A DNA stretch of 64,000 nucleotides from NCBI GenBank assembly GCA_029261035.1, contig JAJDCD010000006.1:1086-65085 (forward strand). Direction: 5' to 3'. The DNA is from Candidatus Omnitrophota bacterium (GTDB lineage: Bacteria > Omnitrophota > Omnitrophia > Omnitrophales > JACROU01). Made by a program: the position numbers and the translations under genes. The notes below the pieces were generated by a model. It made no database searches. It saw only the letters and a list, made by a program, of their open reading frames with translations, and was not told the DNA's origin. This document shows, piece by piece, positions 48,867 to 58,126 of the stretch (position 1 is its first letter; every line of letters starts with the position of its first letter).

Positions 48867-50015
48867 AAATTTTATAATTTGATTGGCTGCTAATTGAGCA
48901 GCATTTCCGCGTTTTAATTTTTCTCTAATTTTAAAAAACTCTTTAATTTGAGCTTCTCTTTTTTCTGAGCTGTAAAGTAGTTCAGACATAATGCGTGTGG
49001 CTTTTTCTGCAGTTAAATTTCCTTGTATGAGTTCAGGGTTGACGGGTTTTTTGGAGAGGATATTAACAATGCCTAAATAAGGAATTTTAACCAAAGCTCT
49101 TCCAATAAGATAGGTGAGAAGAGAAGTTTTGTAGACAAGGAAAAACGGTTTGTCATGAAGAGCTGTTTCGAAAGTTGCTGTTCCTGAACAAACGGCAAGA
49201 ATATTGGAAGCTTTGATAATGTTGTGATGTTGGTCGGTGTAAGCATGGATATTGATTTTCCCTTGAACATCTTTCAATATGGAATCATAGACATTGTTTT
49301 GAATGGAAGATGTTTTGGAAAGAATGAATTGAATGTTAGATTCTTTTTGCGTCATTTTTTGGGCAGACTTTAAAAGAATGGGAAGTATGCGTTTCACTTC
49401 CTTTTCTCTAGAGCCTGGCAATATGCCAATAGTAGGAATGTCTGGGGATAGAGATAGCTTTTGTCTTATAACAATTATTTCAGACTTGCTAGGCCCCCCT
49501 TTAATTTCATCGACCAAGGGATGTCCTACGTAGGAGGCTGGAATTTGATGCTCCGCATAGAAATCTTTTTCAAAAGGGAAGATAACTAGGAGTTTCTTTA
49601 TGTATTTTTTTAAAATATAAATTCGACGTTTCCCCCATGCCCACAATTGAGGGGTGATGTAGTAAATCATAGGGAACTGCAGTCGGATCTTTTTTGCAAA
49701 CCGAAGATTAAAGCCAGGGAAGTCGATAAGGATGATGAGGTCGGGCTTAATTTCCTTTACTCTATCTAGCGCCATATAAAATATTTTTCTAAATTTAAGA
49801 TAATTTTTTAAAACATCTGTGAAGCCAACGGCGGAAATTTGAGTCATGTCATAATCGAGTTGGACCCCGACGGATTTCATTTGTGGGCCTCCTAAACCAT
49901 AGAATTGAACATTAGGCTTAGATTGTTTAATTTCTTCTATCAGCTTACGTCCATGTAAGTCGCCAGAAGGTTCTCCTGCGATAATATATATTTTTTTAGT
50001 TTGGGAAAATGACAT
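48855..50015 (-). CDS. lpxB: Lipid-A-disaccharide synthase
   Basis: IAGEPSGDLHG; IDFPGFN; PQLWAW; YVGHPL; LPGSR; SGTAT. Confidence 0.97.
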   Translation of the reverse strand: MSFSQTKKIYIIAGEPSGDLHGRKLIEEIKQSKPNVQFYGLGGPQMKSVGVQLDYDMTQISAVGFTDVLKNYLKFRKIFYMALDRVKEIKPDLIILIDFPGFNLRFAKKIRLQFPMIYYITPQLWAWGKRRIYILKKYIKKLLVIFPFEKDFYAEHQIPASYVGHPLVDEIKGGPSKSEIIVIRQKLSLSPDIPTIGILPGSREKEVKRILPILLKSAQKMTQKESNIQFILSKTSSIQNNVYDSILKDVQGKINIHAYTDQHHNIIKASNILAVCSGTATFETALHDKPFFLVYKTSLLTYLIGRALVKIPYLGIVNILSKKPVNPELIQGNLTAEKATRIMSELLYSSEKREAQIKEFFKIREKLKRGNAAQLAANQIIKFLDS

Positions 50016-50034
50016 GATGAGTTTTTGATTCCAA

Positions 50035-50988
50035 TTATTTTTTCATGAGAAATTCTTTATTCTCAGTTTCTGATTCTTTGATGTTGTTTAAAATTTGTAA
50101 GGCAAGGGCTAAAGCTTCTCTTGCGGCTATGTCAGGAGTTCCAAAGTTTTCTTTTCTTTGAACCTGATTAACAAAATCTTGAATTTCTTTTTTGAGAGAT
50201 TCTCCTTTTTCAATAGCGATTTCTTTTTTGCTAATAGAAATGAAAGATTTTTTAAATATCTTTGCTGCTTGATCGGCATAGTCTAAAGAGATATAAGCAT
50301 CGGGTTGGAAGATTCTAATTTTCCTTTGAGTTTCCGGGGTGAGCCTACTAGCTGTGATGTCGGCAATGCAACCATTTTCAAATTTAAGACGAGCGTTAGC
50401 CAAATCTTCAAACTTTGTTAAAACAGATATTCCGACAGCCTCTGAACGAAGGACTTTCATATTGACTAAGCCGAGTAAAATATCGAGGTCATGAATCATC
50501 AGATCTAAGACAACCCCACAATCCGTAATGCGACCATTGAAAGGCCCTAAGCGATGAACTTCTATAAATCGAGGATTTTTAATTATTTTAGCTATTTTCT
50601 GAAAACCCGAGTTATAACGTTCTACGTGGCCCACTTGTAAGAGGAGATTATTATTTTTTGCAATTTCAAGAACTTCATCTGCTTCTTCTAAATTCATAGC
50701 AATTGGTTTTTCGATAAGACAGTGAATATTATGTTCTAAAACTACTTTGGCAACAGGGTGATGGTGAGAGGTTGGGACGCAAATAGAAACCAGGTCAACT
50801 TTGTCTAAAAGAGTTCTGTAGTCTGTAGTAAAGGGAACATTGAGGTTTTTAGCAATTTCTTCTTTTGAAGGATCTGTGTCGCACACGCCAATTAGATCAA
50901 TGGACTCTGAAAGTTCCTTATAAATACGGGCGTGAAACTTACCAAGATGTCCAACGCCTATTACACCTGCTCTTAATTTACTCATCAT
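50035..50988 (-). CDS. Gfo/Idh/MocA oxidoreductase, probable UDP-GlcNAc 3-dehydrogenase (GnnA-like)
   Basis: GVIGVGHLG; IEKP; VGHVERYN; VVLDLMIHDLD; directly upstream of lpxB. Confidence 0.8.
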   Translation of the reverse strand: MMSKLRAGVIGVGHLGKFHARIYKELSESIDLIGVCDTDPSKEEIAKNLNVPFTTDYRTLLDKVDLVSICVPTSHHHPVAKVVLEHNIHCLIEKPIAMNLEEADEVLEIAKNNNLLLQVGHVERYNSGFQKIAKIIKNPRFIEVHRLGPFNGRITDCGVVLDLMIHDLDILLGLVNMKVLRSEAVGISVLTKFEDLANARLKFENGCIADITASRLTPETQRKIRIFQPDAYISLDYADQAAKIFKKSFISISKKEIAIEKGESLKKEIQDFVNQVQRKENFGTPDIAAREALALALQILNNIKESETENKEFLMKK

Positions 50989-51061
50989 TTATCCTAACTT
51001 TATATATTACCGTATCTTATGGAATCTTTGTTTTTCAGGAGGACTTATAGATCAAATCTTC

Positions 51062-51091
51062 TTGAGGCCCATCACCGTGTGTGCTAGAATC
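51062..51091 (+). promoter_or_regulatory. Promoter for msbA
   Basis: TTGAGG - 18 bp - TAGAAT with TGn extended -10. Confidence 0.5.
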
Positions 51092-51121
51092 CTTAGCTTA
51101 ACTAGATGATTTTATTATGTT

Positions 51122-51166
51122 TAAACCGTCCTGGAAAGCATATTTTACACGGACGGTTTATTTTTT
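51122..51166 (+). terminator. Terminator-like hairpin in the msbA leader
   Basis: TAAACCGTCC / GGACGGTTTA perfect 10-bp stem plus TTTTTT. Confidence 0.55.
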
Positions 51167-51176
51167 GGGAAAAATA

Positions 51177-52919
51177 ATGGATTTATATAAAAGACTCATA
51201 GCCTATATTAAGCCCTATAAAGGGAAGTTGATATCCGCAGGATTGTTTACCCTTTTCTATTCGTTAGCAAATAGTTTGGTATCCGTGACCGTGTATGTGG
51301 TTACGAGTGGATTTATTAATAAGAAAACGGTAAGTTTAACCATTCCTAAAACAGACTATACGATAGATTTTACGACCGCTATTATTCCTGTGGTAGTGAT
51401 AGGGGTATTTTTGTTTAGAGGTGTTTTTGACTATTTGTCTAAATTCCTTATGCAGTCGGTGGGGCAACATGCAGTGATGGATGTTCGTAATGAGCTATAC
51501 AGTCATTTAATTCATCAAGACGTAGATTTTTTTAGTAAGGGAAAGACAGGGGACTTTATTTCTAGAATCATGAATGATGTCAGTCGTATCCAAGGAGCTA
51601 TTACAGATGCGATGGTAGATCTTATTCGTCAGCCGATGGTTATTCTATTTAATATTCCGCTGGTTTTTTATTGGGATTATAAATTGGCTTTTATTAGTTT
51701 AATTGTATTTCCGATGGTCGCTTTACCTATTGGGTATTTTGGGAGACGTATTCGATCCAATAGTAAACACATCCAAGAAAAGACTTCAGATGTTACCACT
51801 ATTCTTCAAGAGACTTTTACGGGCATTCGTATTGTTAAAGCATTTAATATGGAGAAAAAAGAAGTTAAAAAATTCGAACGTGTTAATCGTGGGGTGTTGA
51901 GTTATACGCTTAATGTGATTCGGATAACGTTGATTCAGAAACCTATGGTTGAGGTTTTTGGAGCTATAGGAGTTGCTTTTGCTGTTTGGTATGGGTTGAC
52001 GTATTTACCCTTAGATCGTTTTACGGCTTTTGTAGCATCTCTTTTTATTCTATATGAACCACTAAAGAAGGTGAGTAAAATTAATAGTACGATTCAACAG
52101 TCTCTCGCTGCGGGATCTCGTATTTTTGAAATCATTGATCAAAAGCCGAAGATTAAGGATTCAAAAGAAGCAAAGGTTTTTGAAGATGAAGTAACGGAAG
52201 TTGCATTCGAAGATGTTTCTTTCTCATATAAGTCGGATGTTTCTGTTTTAAACAATGTAAATTTAAAAGTACCTTCTGGAGATGTTGTTGCCATAGTGGG
52301 TTCCAGTGGATCAGGGAAGACAACATTGGTGAATTTGTTGCCGCGATACTATGATCCTACCTCAGGACAAATTAAGATTAATGGGCAAGATATTAGAAGC
52401 TTCACTCTAGAGTCCTTAAGATCTCAGATTGGCTATGTGGCTCAAGAAATTATTCTTTTTAATGATTCTGTTCGGGACAATATTTCTTATGGTCGTTCGA
52501 GTGCTTCTTTTGAAGAGATTAAGGAAGCGGCTGAGAAAGCGCATGCTCATGACTTTATTATGGAGTTACCTAACGGGTATGATACGGAGATAGGAGAGAA
52601 GGGTGTTAGTTTGTCAGGAGGACAACGGCAAAGATTGTCTATTGCTCGTGCTATTTTGAAAAACCCACCTATTCTTATTTTTGACGAAGCAACATCTATG
52701 TTAGATACAGAGAGTGAACGTGAAGTCCAGAAGGCAATAGAATACGTAATGAAAGATAGGACTGTATTTGTAATTGCGCATCGACTATCCACAATTAAAA
52801 ACGCTACTAAAATTGTTGTTTTTGAAGAAGGGAAAATTGTAGAGTCCGGTACAAATGAAGAGCTTTTAAATTCAGATGGTACCTATAAGCGTTTGTATGA
52901 TTTGCAATTTCATGTGTAA
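51177..52919 (+). CDS. msbA: ABC exporter, lipid A flippase MsbA-like (ORF could start at 51117)
   Basis: TMD+NBD; GSSGSGKT; LSGGQRQR; DEATS; IAHRLST; next to lpx genes. Confidence 0.8.
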   Translation: MDLYKRLIAYIKPYKGKLISAGLFTLFYSLANSLVSVTVYVVTSGFINKKTVSLTIPKTDYTIDFTTAIIPVVVIGVFLFRGVFDYLSKFLMQSVGQHAVMDVRNELYSHLIHQDVDFFSKGKTGDFISRIMNDVSRIQGAITDAMVDLIRQPMVILFNIPLVFYWDYKLAFISLIVFPMVALPIGYFGRRIRSNSKHIQEKTSDVTTILQETFTGIRIVKAFNMEKKEVKKFERVNRGVLSYTLNVIRITLIQKPMVEVFGAIGVAFAVWYGLTYLPLDRFTAFVASLFILYEPLKKVSKINSTIQQSLAAGSRIFEIIDQKPKIKDSKEAKVFEDEVTEVAFEDVSFSYKSDVSVLNNVNLKVPSGDVVAIVGSSGSGKTTLVNLLPRYYDPTSGQIKINGQDIRSFTLESLRSQIGYVAQEIILFNDSVRDNISYGRSSASFEEIKEAAEKAHAHDFIMELPNGYDTEIGEKGVSLSGGQRQRLSIARAILKNPPILIFDEATSMLDTESEREVQKAIEYVMKDRTVFVIAHRLSTIKNATKIVVFEEGKIVESGTNEELLNSDGTYKRLYDLQFHV

Positions 52920-52961
52920 AGAAAGAAAATAGATCTTTATTTTTAAATAAGGAGGAAACAT

Positions 52962-53684
52962 ATGAGAACATCTAATCCAGCACTCAATAGTAAGGCCTTT
53001 CAAAATTTAACATCTACTTCAGATCAGAAAATGACGATTCAAGGGACAATCAATAAGACTGCTTTGTCCTTATTTATCCTTATGGCTTCAGCAGCTTGGG
53101 TTTGGTCTAAAACAACATCAGGGGTGATCCCGCCTGTTGTGTGGCTCGGAGCTTTGGGGGGCTTTGTAGTGGCTATTATTACGGTATTCAAAAAAGAGTG
53201 GGCGCCTATTACGACTCCTATTTATGCCGCTCTAGAAGGATTGTTTTTAGGAGCTATTTCAGCAATATTTGAAATGCAGTTTCCTGGCATTGTGATCCAG
53301 GCTGTAGCGTTGACTTTCGGGACAATGTTTTCGTTACTTTTCATGTATCAAACACGTATCATAAAAGTGACCCAGAATTTTAGAATGGGTGTTTTTGCCG
53401 CAACAGGAGCTATCGCGTTATTTTATATAATGAGTATGGTTCTCGGTTTTTTTGGCATTCGAATTCCTTTTATCCATGAAGGTGGGCTGTTAGGTATTGG
53501 GTTTAGTCTTTTTGTCGTTACTATTGCGGCATTAAACCTTGTTTTGGATTTTGATTTTATTGAGCAAGCTTCTGAGGCAGGAGTTCCTAAGTATATGGAG
53601 TGGTATGGTGCGTTTGGGTTATTGGTTACTCTTGTTTGGTTGTATATTGAAATACTAAGGTTATTAGGGAAGTTGAGAAGGTAG
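52962..53684 (+). CDS. Bax inhibitor-1 / YccA family membrane protein
   Basis: MRTSNPAL; YAALEG; LVLDFD; LVWLYIEILRLL. Confidence 0.9.
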   Translation: MRTSNPALNSKAFQNLTSTSDQKMTIQGTINKTALSLFILMASAAWVWSKTTSGVIPPVVWLGALGGFVVAIITVFKKEWAPITTPIYAALEGLFLGAISAIFEMQFPGIVIQAVALTFGTMFSLLFMYQTRIIKVTQNFRMGVFAATGAIALFYIMSMVLGFFGIRIPFIHEGGLLGIGFSLFVVTIAALNLVLDFDFIEQASEAGVPKYMEWYGAFGLLVTLVWLYIEILRLLGKLRR

Positions 53685-53758
53685 AAGAGAGTACGTTGTG
53701 GCGGCGAGGATATTATCCTAGCCTTTTACGGTAACCAATTTTAGGTTGTGGAGAGGGG

Positions 53759-53791
53759 TAAGAAAATAGGACATCGAGCCCTATTTTCTTA
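53759..53791. terminator. 12-bp hairpin downstream of yccA, possible terminator
   Basis: TAAGAAAATAGG-N9-CCTATTTTCTTA. Confidence 0.5.
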
Positions 53792-53810
53792 TAAAGTTTT
53801 AAGGTGCTTC

Positions 53811-53839
53811 TTGACAATTCTTCTGCACTTTGTTATGTT
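53811..53839 (+). promoter_or_regulatory. sigma70-type promoter of the pyr operon
   Basis: TTGACA (53811) - 17 bp - TATGTT (53834) with TGn. Confidence 0.7.
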
Positions 53840-53863
53840 TATGGATACGCATTAGTTAAATTT

Positions 53864-53996
53864 CCTTTTAAACTGGTTCTGTGAAGCCAGGAAAGGTGAG
53901 GTAAATGGTACAAAATAAGAGTTTTATACAATATGGTTGTACGGATTTTAGTTTAGGGACGCCTGTTTCTCTTTATGAGGGATAGGCCTTTTTTTT
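53864..53996 (+). promoter_or_regulatory. PyrR-binding attenuator (binding loop plus terminator)
   Basis: CCTTTTAA-ACTGGTTCTGTGAAGCCAG-GAAAGG resembles the PyrR site; terminator GCCTGTTTCTC/GAGGGATAGGC + T8 at 53961-53996; precedes pyrR. Confidence 0.75.
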
Positions 53997-54033
53997 GTCT
54001 GCTTATAACGAATAACGTAGATTTTGAGGATAA

Positions 54034-54582
54034 TTGATGGAAACGGAAGTTATTAAGAAAATTTTGGATGCTGAGGGGATGGACCGGGTGATTACGCGTA
54101 TTTCTCATGAGATTTTAGAGAAGAGTAAGGGAACTGAGAATCTGGTGATTGTGGGGATCGAAAGAGGTGGGGCTATTCTTGCAGAACGATTTCGCAAGAA
54201 AATTTCTCTAATAGAGAATGTAATTATTCCTAAGGGTTCGATTGATATCACTCTATATCGGGATGATATCGGGGAGGTAGGAACTCAACCTCTTATGAAA
54301 GGGACTCATTTAGAATTTGATATATCAGGTAAGAAAGTTGTTTTGGTGGATGATGTTTTGTTTACAGGAAGAACGGTGCGTTCAGCTTTAGATGCTTTGG
54401 TGGATTTTGGTAGACCTCAATGGGTGCGCTTAGCGGTTCTTTTAGACAGGGGGCATAGAGAGCTTCCTATTCGAGCAGATTATGTGGGTAAAAATATTCC
54501 AACAGCTTTAGAGGAAGAAGTGGTTGTTCACTTTGAAGAAAAAGATGCGATGGATGAAGTTTATGTCGCGAGGAAAAAATAG
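54034..54582 (+). CDS. pyrR: Pyrimidine operon regulator / uracil PRTase
   Basis: RISHEILE; DITLYRDD; [12 protein letters not shown]; [15 protein letters not shown]. Confidence 0.97.
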   Translation: MMETEVIKKILDAEGMDRVITRISHEILEKSKGTENLVIVGIERGGAILAERFRKKISLIENVIIPKGSIDITLYRDDIGEVGTQPLMKGTHLEFDISGKKVVLVDDVLFTGRTVRSALDALVDFGRPQWVRLAVLLDRGHRELPIRADYVGKNIPTALEEEVVVHFEEKDAMDEVYVARKK

Positions 54583-55568
54583 TGTTAGAAGGGAAGACAG
54601 ACGTGGTTGAGGAATTAACACCAAACAAATCAAATACACAGTGGACTAAAAAAGACTTGCTGGGTATAAAAGATTTATCTGCAGAAGAAATTGAGTTGGT
54701 TTTAGACACAGCAGCTTCATTGAGACAGGTCTCTGAGAGAAGCATTAAGAAAGTACCTACTCTTCGTGGCCGGACGGTTGTTAACTTTTTTATTGAGCCG
54801 AGTACACGAACTCGAGCATCCTTTGAGTTAGCTGAGAAACGGTTGAGTGCAGACACTTTAAATTTCTCTGGAGGTTCGAGTAGTTTAGTTAAAGGGGAAA
54901 CGCTTAAAGATACGGCTAAAACAGTAGAAGCTTTACAAGTGGATTTGATTGTCATTCGGCATCCTTCTTCAGGAGCACCTCATCGTTTAAGTGAATATGT
55001 AAAACCTGGAATTATTAATGCGGGTGATGGAATTAATGAGCATCCAACACAAGCTTTGTTAGATATGTATACACTGAGAGAGAAGAAGGGAAGACTTAAA
55101 GGTTTAAAGGTTTGTTTTATTGGAGATATTCTTCATAGCCGTGTGGCTCGTTCCAATATTTGGGGACTGACTAAGATGGGTGCTAAGGTGATGGTGGCGG
55201 GGCCAAAAATGTTGATTCCTAAGGAGATTGAAAAAATGGGAGTCGAAGTCAGTTACGATGTCAAAAAAGCAGTTAAGGATGCGGATGCTATTAATTTACT
55301 TCGGATTCAATTAGAGCGCCAGAATGAACCGTTCTTTCCATCATTAAGAGAATATGCTCGATACTATGGTTTGAATTCGGATGTGATGAAAAATGCTAAG
55401 GAAGATGCGTTGATTATGCATCCAGGACCAACGAACAGAGGAATCGAGTTGTCTTCAGAAGTTGCTGAAAGTAGCGGTTCTGTAATTTTAGAACAAGTAA
55501 CGAATGGTTTAGCTGTTCGTATGGCTGTTTTGTATTTGCTAAGTATGTATAAGCCGGAAAATAAATAG
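54582..55568 (+). CDS. pyrB: Aspartate carbamoyltransferase
   Basis: EPSTRTR; NAGDG..EHPTQ; HSRVARS; MHPGP. Confidence 0.98.
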   Translation: MLEGKTDVVEELTPNKSNTQWTKKDLLGIKDLSAEEIELVLDTAASLRQVSERSIKKVPTLRGRTVVNFFIEPSTRTRASFELAEKRLSADTLNFSGGSSSLVKGETLKDTAKTVEALQVDLIVIRHPSSGAPHRLSEYVKPGIINAGDGINEHPTQALLDMYTLREKKGRLKGLKVCFIGDILHSRVARSNIWGLTKMGAKVMVAGPKMLIPKEIEKMGVEVSYDVKKAVKDADAINLLRIQLERQNEPFFPSLREYARYYGLNSDVMKNAKEDALIMHPGPTNRGIELSSEVAESSGSVILEQVTNGLAVRMAVLYLLSMYKPENK

Positions 55569-55581
55569 GTTGGAGTAAAAA

Positions 55582-56874
55582 ATGTCTATCTTAATAAAAA
55601 ATGCACATGCTTTTGATCCTCGAAATAATGTGGATGATATTTTGGATGTTGTTATTGATCGAGGTAAGGTGAAGCAAATAGGAAAGTCTTTAGATGTCTC
55701 TTGTGATGAAACTATAGATGCAACAGGTAAGTATTTATTGCCGGGTTTTGTGGATTTGCATGTGCACTTTAGAGAGCCTGGGGATGAATACAAAGAAACG
55801 ATTAAAACAGGAGCTATGGCAGCTCTTCGTGGAGGGATTGTGGGTGCTGTAGCGATGCCTAACACAAGTCCTGCTACGGATAGTCAAGCTATTGTCGAAT
55901 TTGTTTTAAAGCGTGCATCAGAAGCTAATTTTAACATTTTCCCTTGCGGAACCTTGTCAAAAGGGCGGGCTGGAAAAGATATTTCGGAAATGTCCGAGTT
56001 GAAAGAAGCGGGTTGTGTTGCTGTTAGTGATGATGGAAGCTATCTCAGCAATCCATTAGTTGCCCGACGGGCATTTGAATACGCTTCTTCTTTAGGGTTG
56101 ATTGTCATGAGTCATGCGGAAATTCCACAGCTTACCGTTGGTGGAGTTATGAATGAAGGTGAGACTTCTACACGTCTGGGGCTGAAAGGAAGTCCGGATA
56201 TTGCAGAGTCCATGGCTGTTGCTTGTGATATTGAGCTAGCTAAATTGACAGGAGCGCACATTCATATCTGCCATATTTCTACAAAGAAAGCTTTAGAGAA
56301 TTTAGTGAGAGCAAGAGAGCAAGGTGTTCACGCAACTTGCGAAGTAACGCCACATCATTTTGCTTTGACGGATACAAGAATTAAAAACTATGAGACTAAC
56401 TTGAAGATGAATCCACCCTTAAGAACAGATGAAGATAAACTGTTTATGATTGAAGGACTAAAAAAAGGGTATATCGATTGTATTGCAACAGATCATGCGC
56501 CACACTCTGAAGAAGAGAAAGATCGTGAATTTGAAAAAGCACCTGTGGGTGTTATTGGATTAGAAACGTCGTTTCCTGTAACAATGACAGAGCTCTATCA
56601 CAAAGAGAAAATGTCTTTAGATCTAATCTTAGAAAAACTATCTTTAAATCCAACAAAGATGTTGGGGCTTCTAGATTTTAATGAAATTAAAGAGGGAAGT
56701 AAGGCGAACTTTGCACTTGTTGATTTAGATGAAAAGTGGGTGGTTGCCGAAGACTTATTTTATTCTAAGTCGAGAAACTCGAGCTTTCTTGGCAAAGAAG
56801 TGCAAGGAAATGTTGTTGCAACGGTATGTAATGGAAAATTATATCAATGGGCTAAAGAGTTGGTCAAAGAATAG
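55582..56874 (+). CDS. pyrC: Dihydroorotase
   Basis: DLHVHFREPG; MPNT; EVTPHH; KMNPPLR; TDHAPH. Confidence 0.96.
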   Translation: MSILIKNAHAFDPRNNVDDILDVVIDRGKVKQIGKSLDVSCDETIDATGKYLLPGFVDLHVHFREPGDEYKETIKTGAMAALRGGIVGAVAMPNTSPATDSQAIVEFVLKRASEANFNIFPCGTLSKGRAGKDISEMSELKEAGCVAVSDDGSYLSNPLVARRAFEYASSLGLIVMSHAEIPQLTVGGVMNEGETSTRLGLKGSPDIAESMAVACDIELAKLTGAHIHICHISTKKALENLVRAREQGVHATCEVTPHHFALTDTRIKNYETNLKMNPPLRTDEDKLFMIEGLKKGYIDCIATDHAPHSEEEKDREFEKAPVGVIGLETSFPVTMTELYHKEKMSLDLILEKLSLNPTKMLGLLDFNEIKEGSKANFALVDLDEKWVVAEDLFYSKSRNSSFLGKEVQGNVVATVCNGKLYQWAKELVKE

Positions 56875-56938
56875 AAATTGGTAGTTTTGATCAAATTTTA
56901 GAAATCACTGTTTGAAAATGATTAGAAAGGGTCTTGTA

Positions 56939-58084
56939 ATGAAACGAGCAATGTTAGTACTTGAAGATGGGTTGGTTTTTGAAGGAGAATCCTTTGGTGC
57001 TGAAGGGGAAGTCTTTGGGGAAGTTGTTTTTAACACTTCGATGGTAGGTTACCAAGAAATTTTAACGGACCCTTCTTACAAGCGTCAAATTGTTGTGATG
57101 ACTTATCCTTTGATTGGAAACTATGGAGTTAATTATGATGATGTGGAGTCTTCTATTCCTCAGGTTGAGGGTTTTGTGATTAAAGAGCTTAGCCCTGTGG
57201 TTAGTAATTATCGCTCTAAACAATCGTTAGGGGAGTATTTGTATGACAATGCTGTCCCTGGAATTCAAGGAATTGACACTCGGAAATTAGTAACCCATTT
57301 AAGAGATAATGGGGTTAAGCGAGGGGTTATATCAACCATAGATTTAGATGCGGATAGTTTATTGCAAAAAGTTATTAACTCGCCTGAAATGACAGGGAGA
57401 GATTTGGTTAAAGAAGTTACAACATTTGAGTCTTATCAGTTTGATGAGACCTTGCTGCCGGAATTTACCTGGCCTCTTCTAGAGCTGAAAAAAAGAGAGG
57501 TTTTTAATATTGTTTGTATCGACTCTGGGATAAAGAGAAATATCTTAAGAAAATTAAACCAACATGGTTTTAAAGTTACTGTAGTTTCTGCAACAGATAC
57601 TTACGAAGATATTATGTCTAAAAATCCAGATGGTGTGTTTCTATCAAATGGTCCAGGGGACCCAGCTGCTTGTGATTACCTTGTTGAAACGGTTAAGCAA
57701 CTTATAGGAAAAGTTCCGATTTTTGGTATTTGTTTAGGGCATCAAATACTTGCTTTGGCTTTAGGGGGGCAAACTTACAAACTGAAATTTGGTCATCGGG
57801 GAGCAAATCATCCTGTCATGGATTTAGAAACAAGAAAAGTTGAAATCACTGCTCAAAATCATGGTTTTTGTGTGGATGTTGATTCTCTTGATAGCAAAGA
57901 TATCGAAGTGACGCATATTAATTTGAATGACAAAACTTGTGAGGGTTTTCGACATAAACGACACCCTCTTTTTTCGGTTCAATATCACCCAGAAAGTTCT
58001 CCAGGACCTCACGATAGTGATTATTTATTTGAACGTTTTCATCAACTGATTAAAAACAATCAAGCATCAGGACAAAAAGTTTAA
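56939..58084 (+). CDS. carA: Carbamoyl-phosphate synthase small subunit
   Basis: GEVVFNTSMVGYQEILTDPSY; SNGPGDP; GICLGHQ; QYHPE. Confidence 0.98.
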   Translation: MKRAMLVLEDGLVFEGESFGAEGEVFGEVVFNTSMVGYQEILTDPSYKRQIVVMTYPLIGNYGVNYDDVESSIPQVEGFVIKELSPVVSNYRSKQSLGEYLYDNAVPGIQGIDTRKLVTHLRDNGVKRGVISTIDLDADSLLQKVINSPEMTGRDLVKEVTTFESYQFDETLLPEFTWPLLELKKREVFNIVCIDSGIKRNILRKLNQHGFKVTVVSATDTYEDIMSKNPDGVFLSNGPGDPAACDYLVETVKQLIGKVPIFGICLGHQILALALGGQTYKLKFGHRGANHPVMDLETRKVEITAQNHGFCVDVDSLDSKDIEVTHINLNDKTCEGFRHKRHPLFSVQYHPESSPGPHDSDYLFERFHQLIKNNQASGQKV

Positions 58085-58126
58085 TTTCTATCTGATAGCT
58101 GTAAGCTTTAATAAAGGATATGACCA

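Noticed and set aside
58058-58112. Possible further heptamer element at the carA-carB junction (TCTGATA GCTGTAA GCTTTAA)
   Set aside because: Only one clear arm and weak pairing, so not distinguishable from chance
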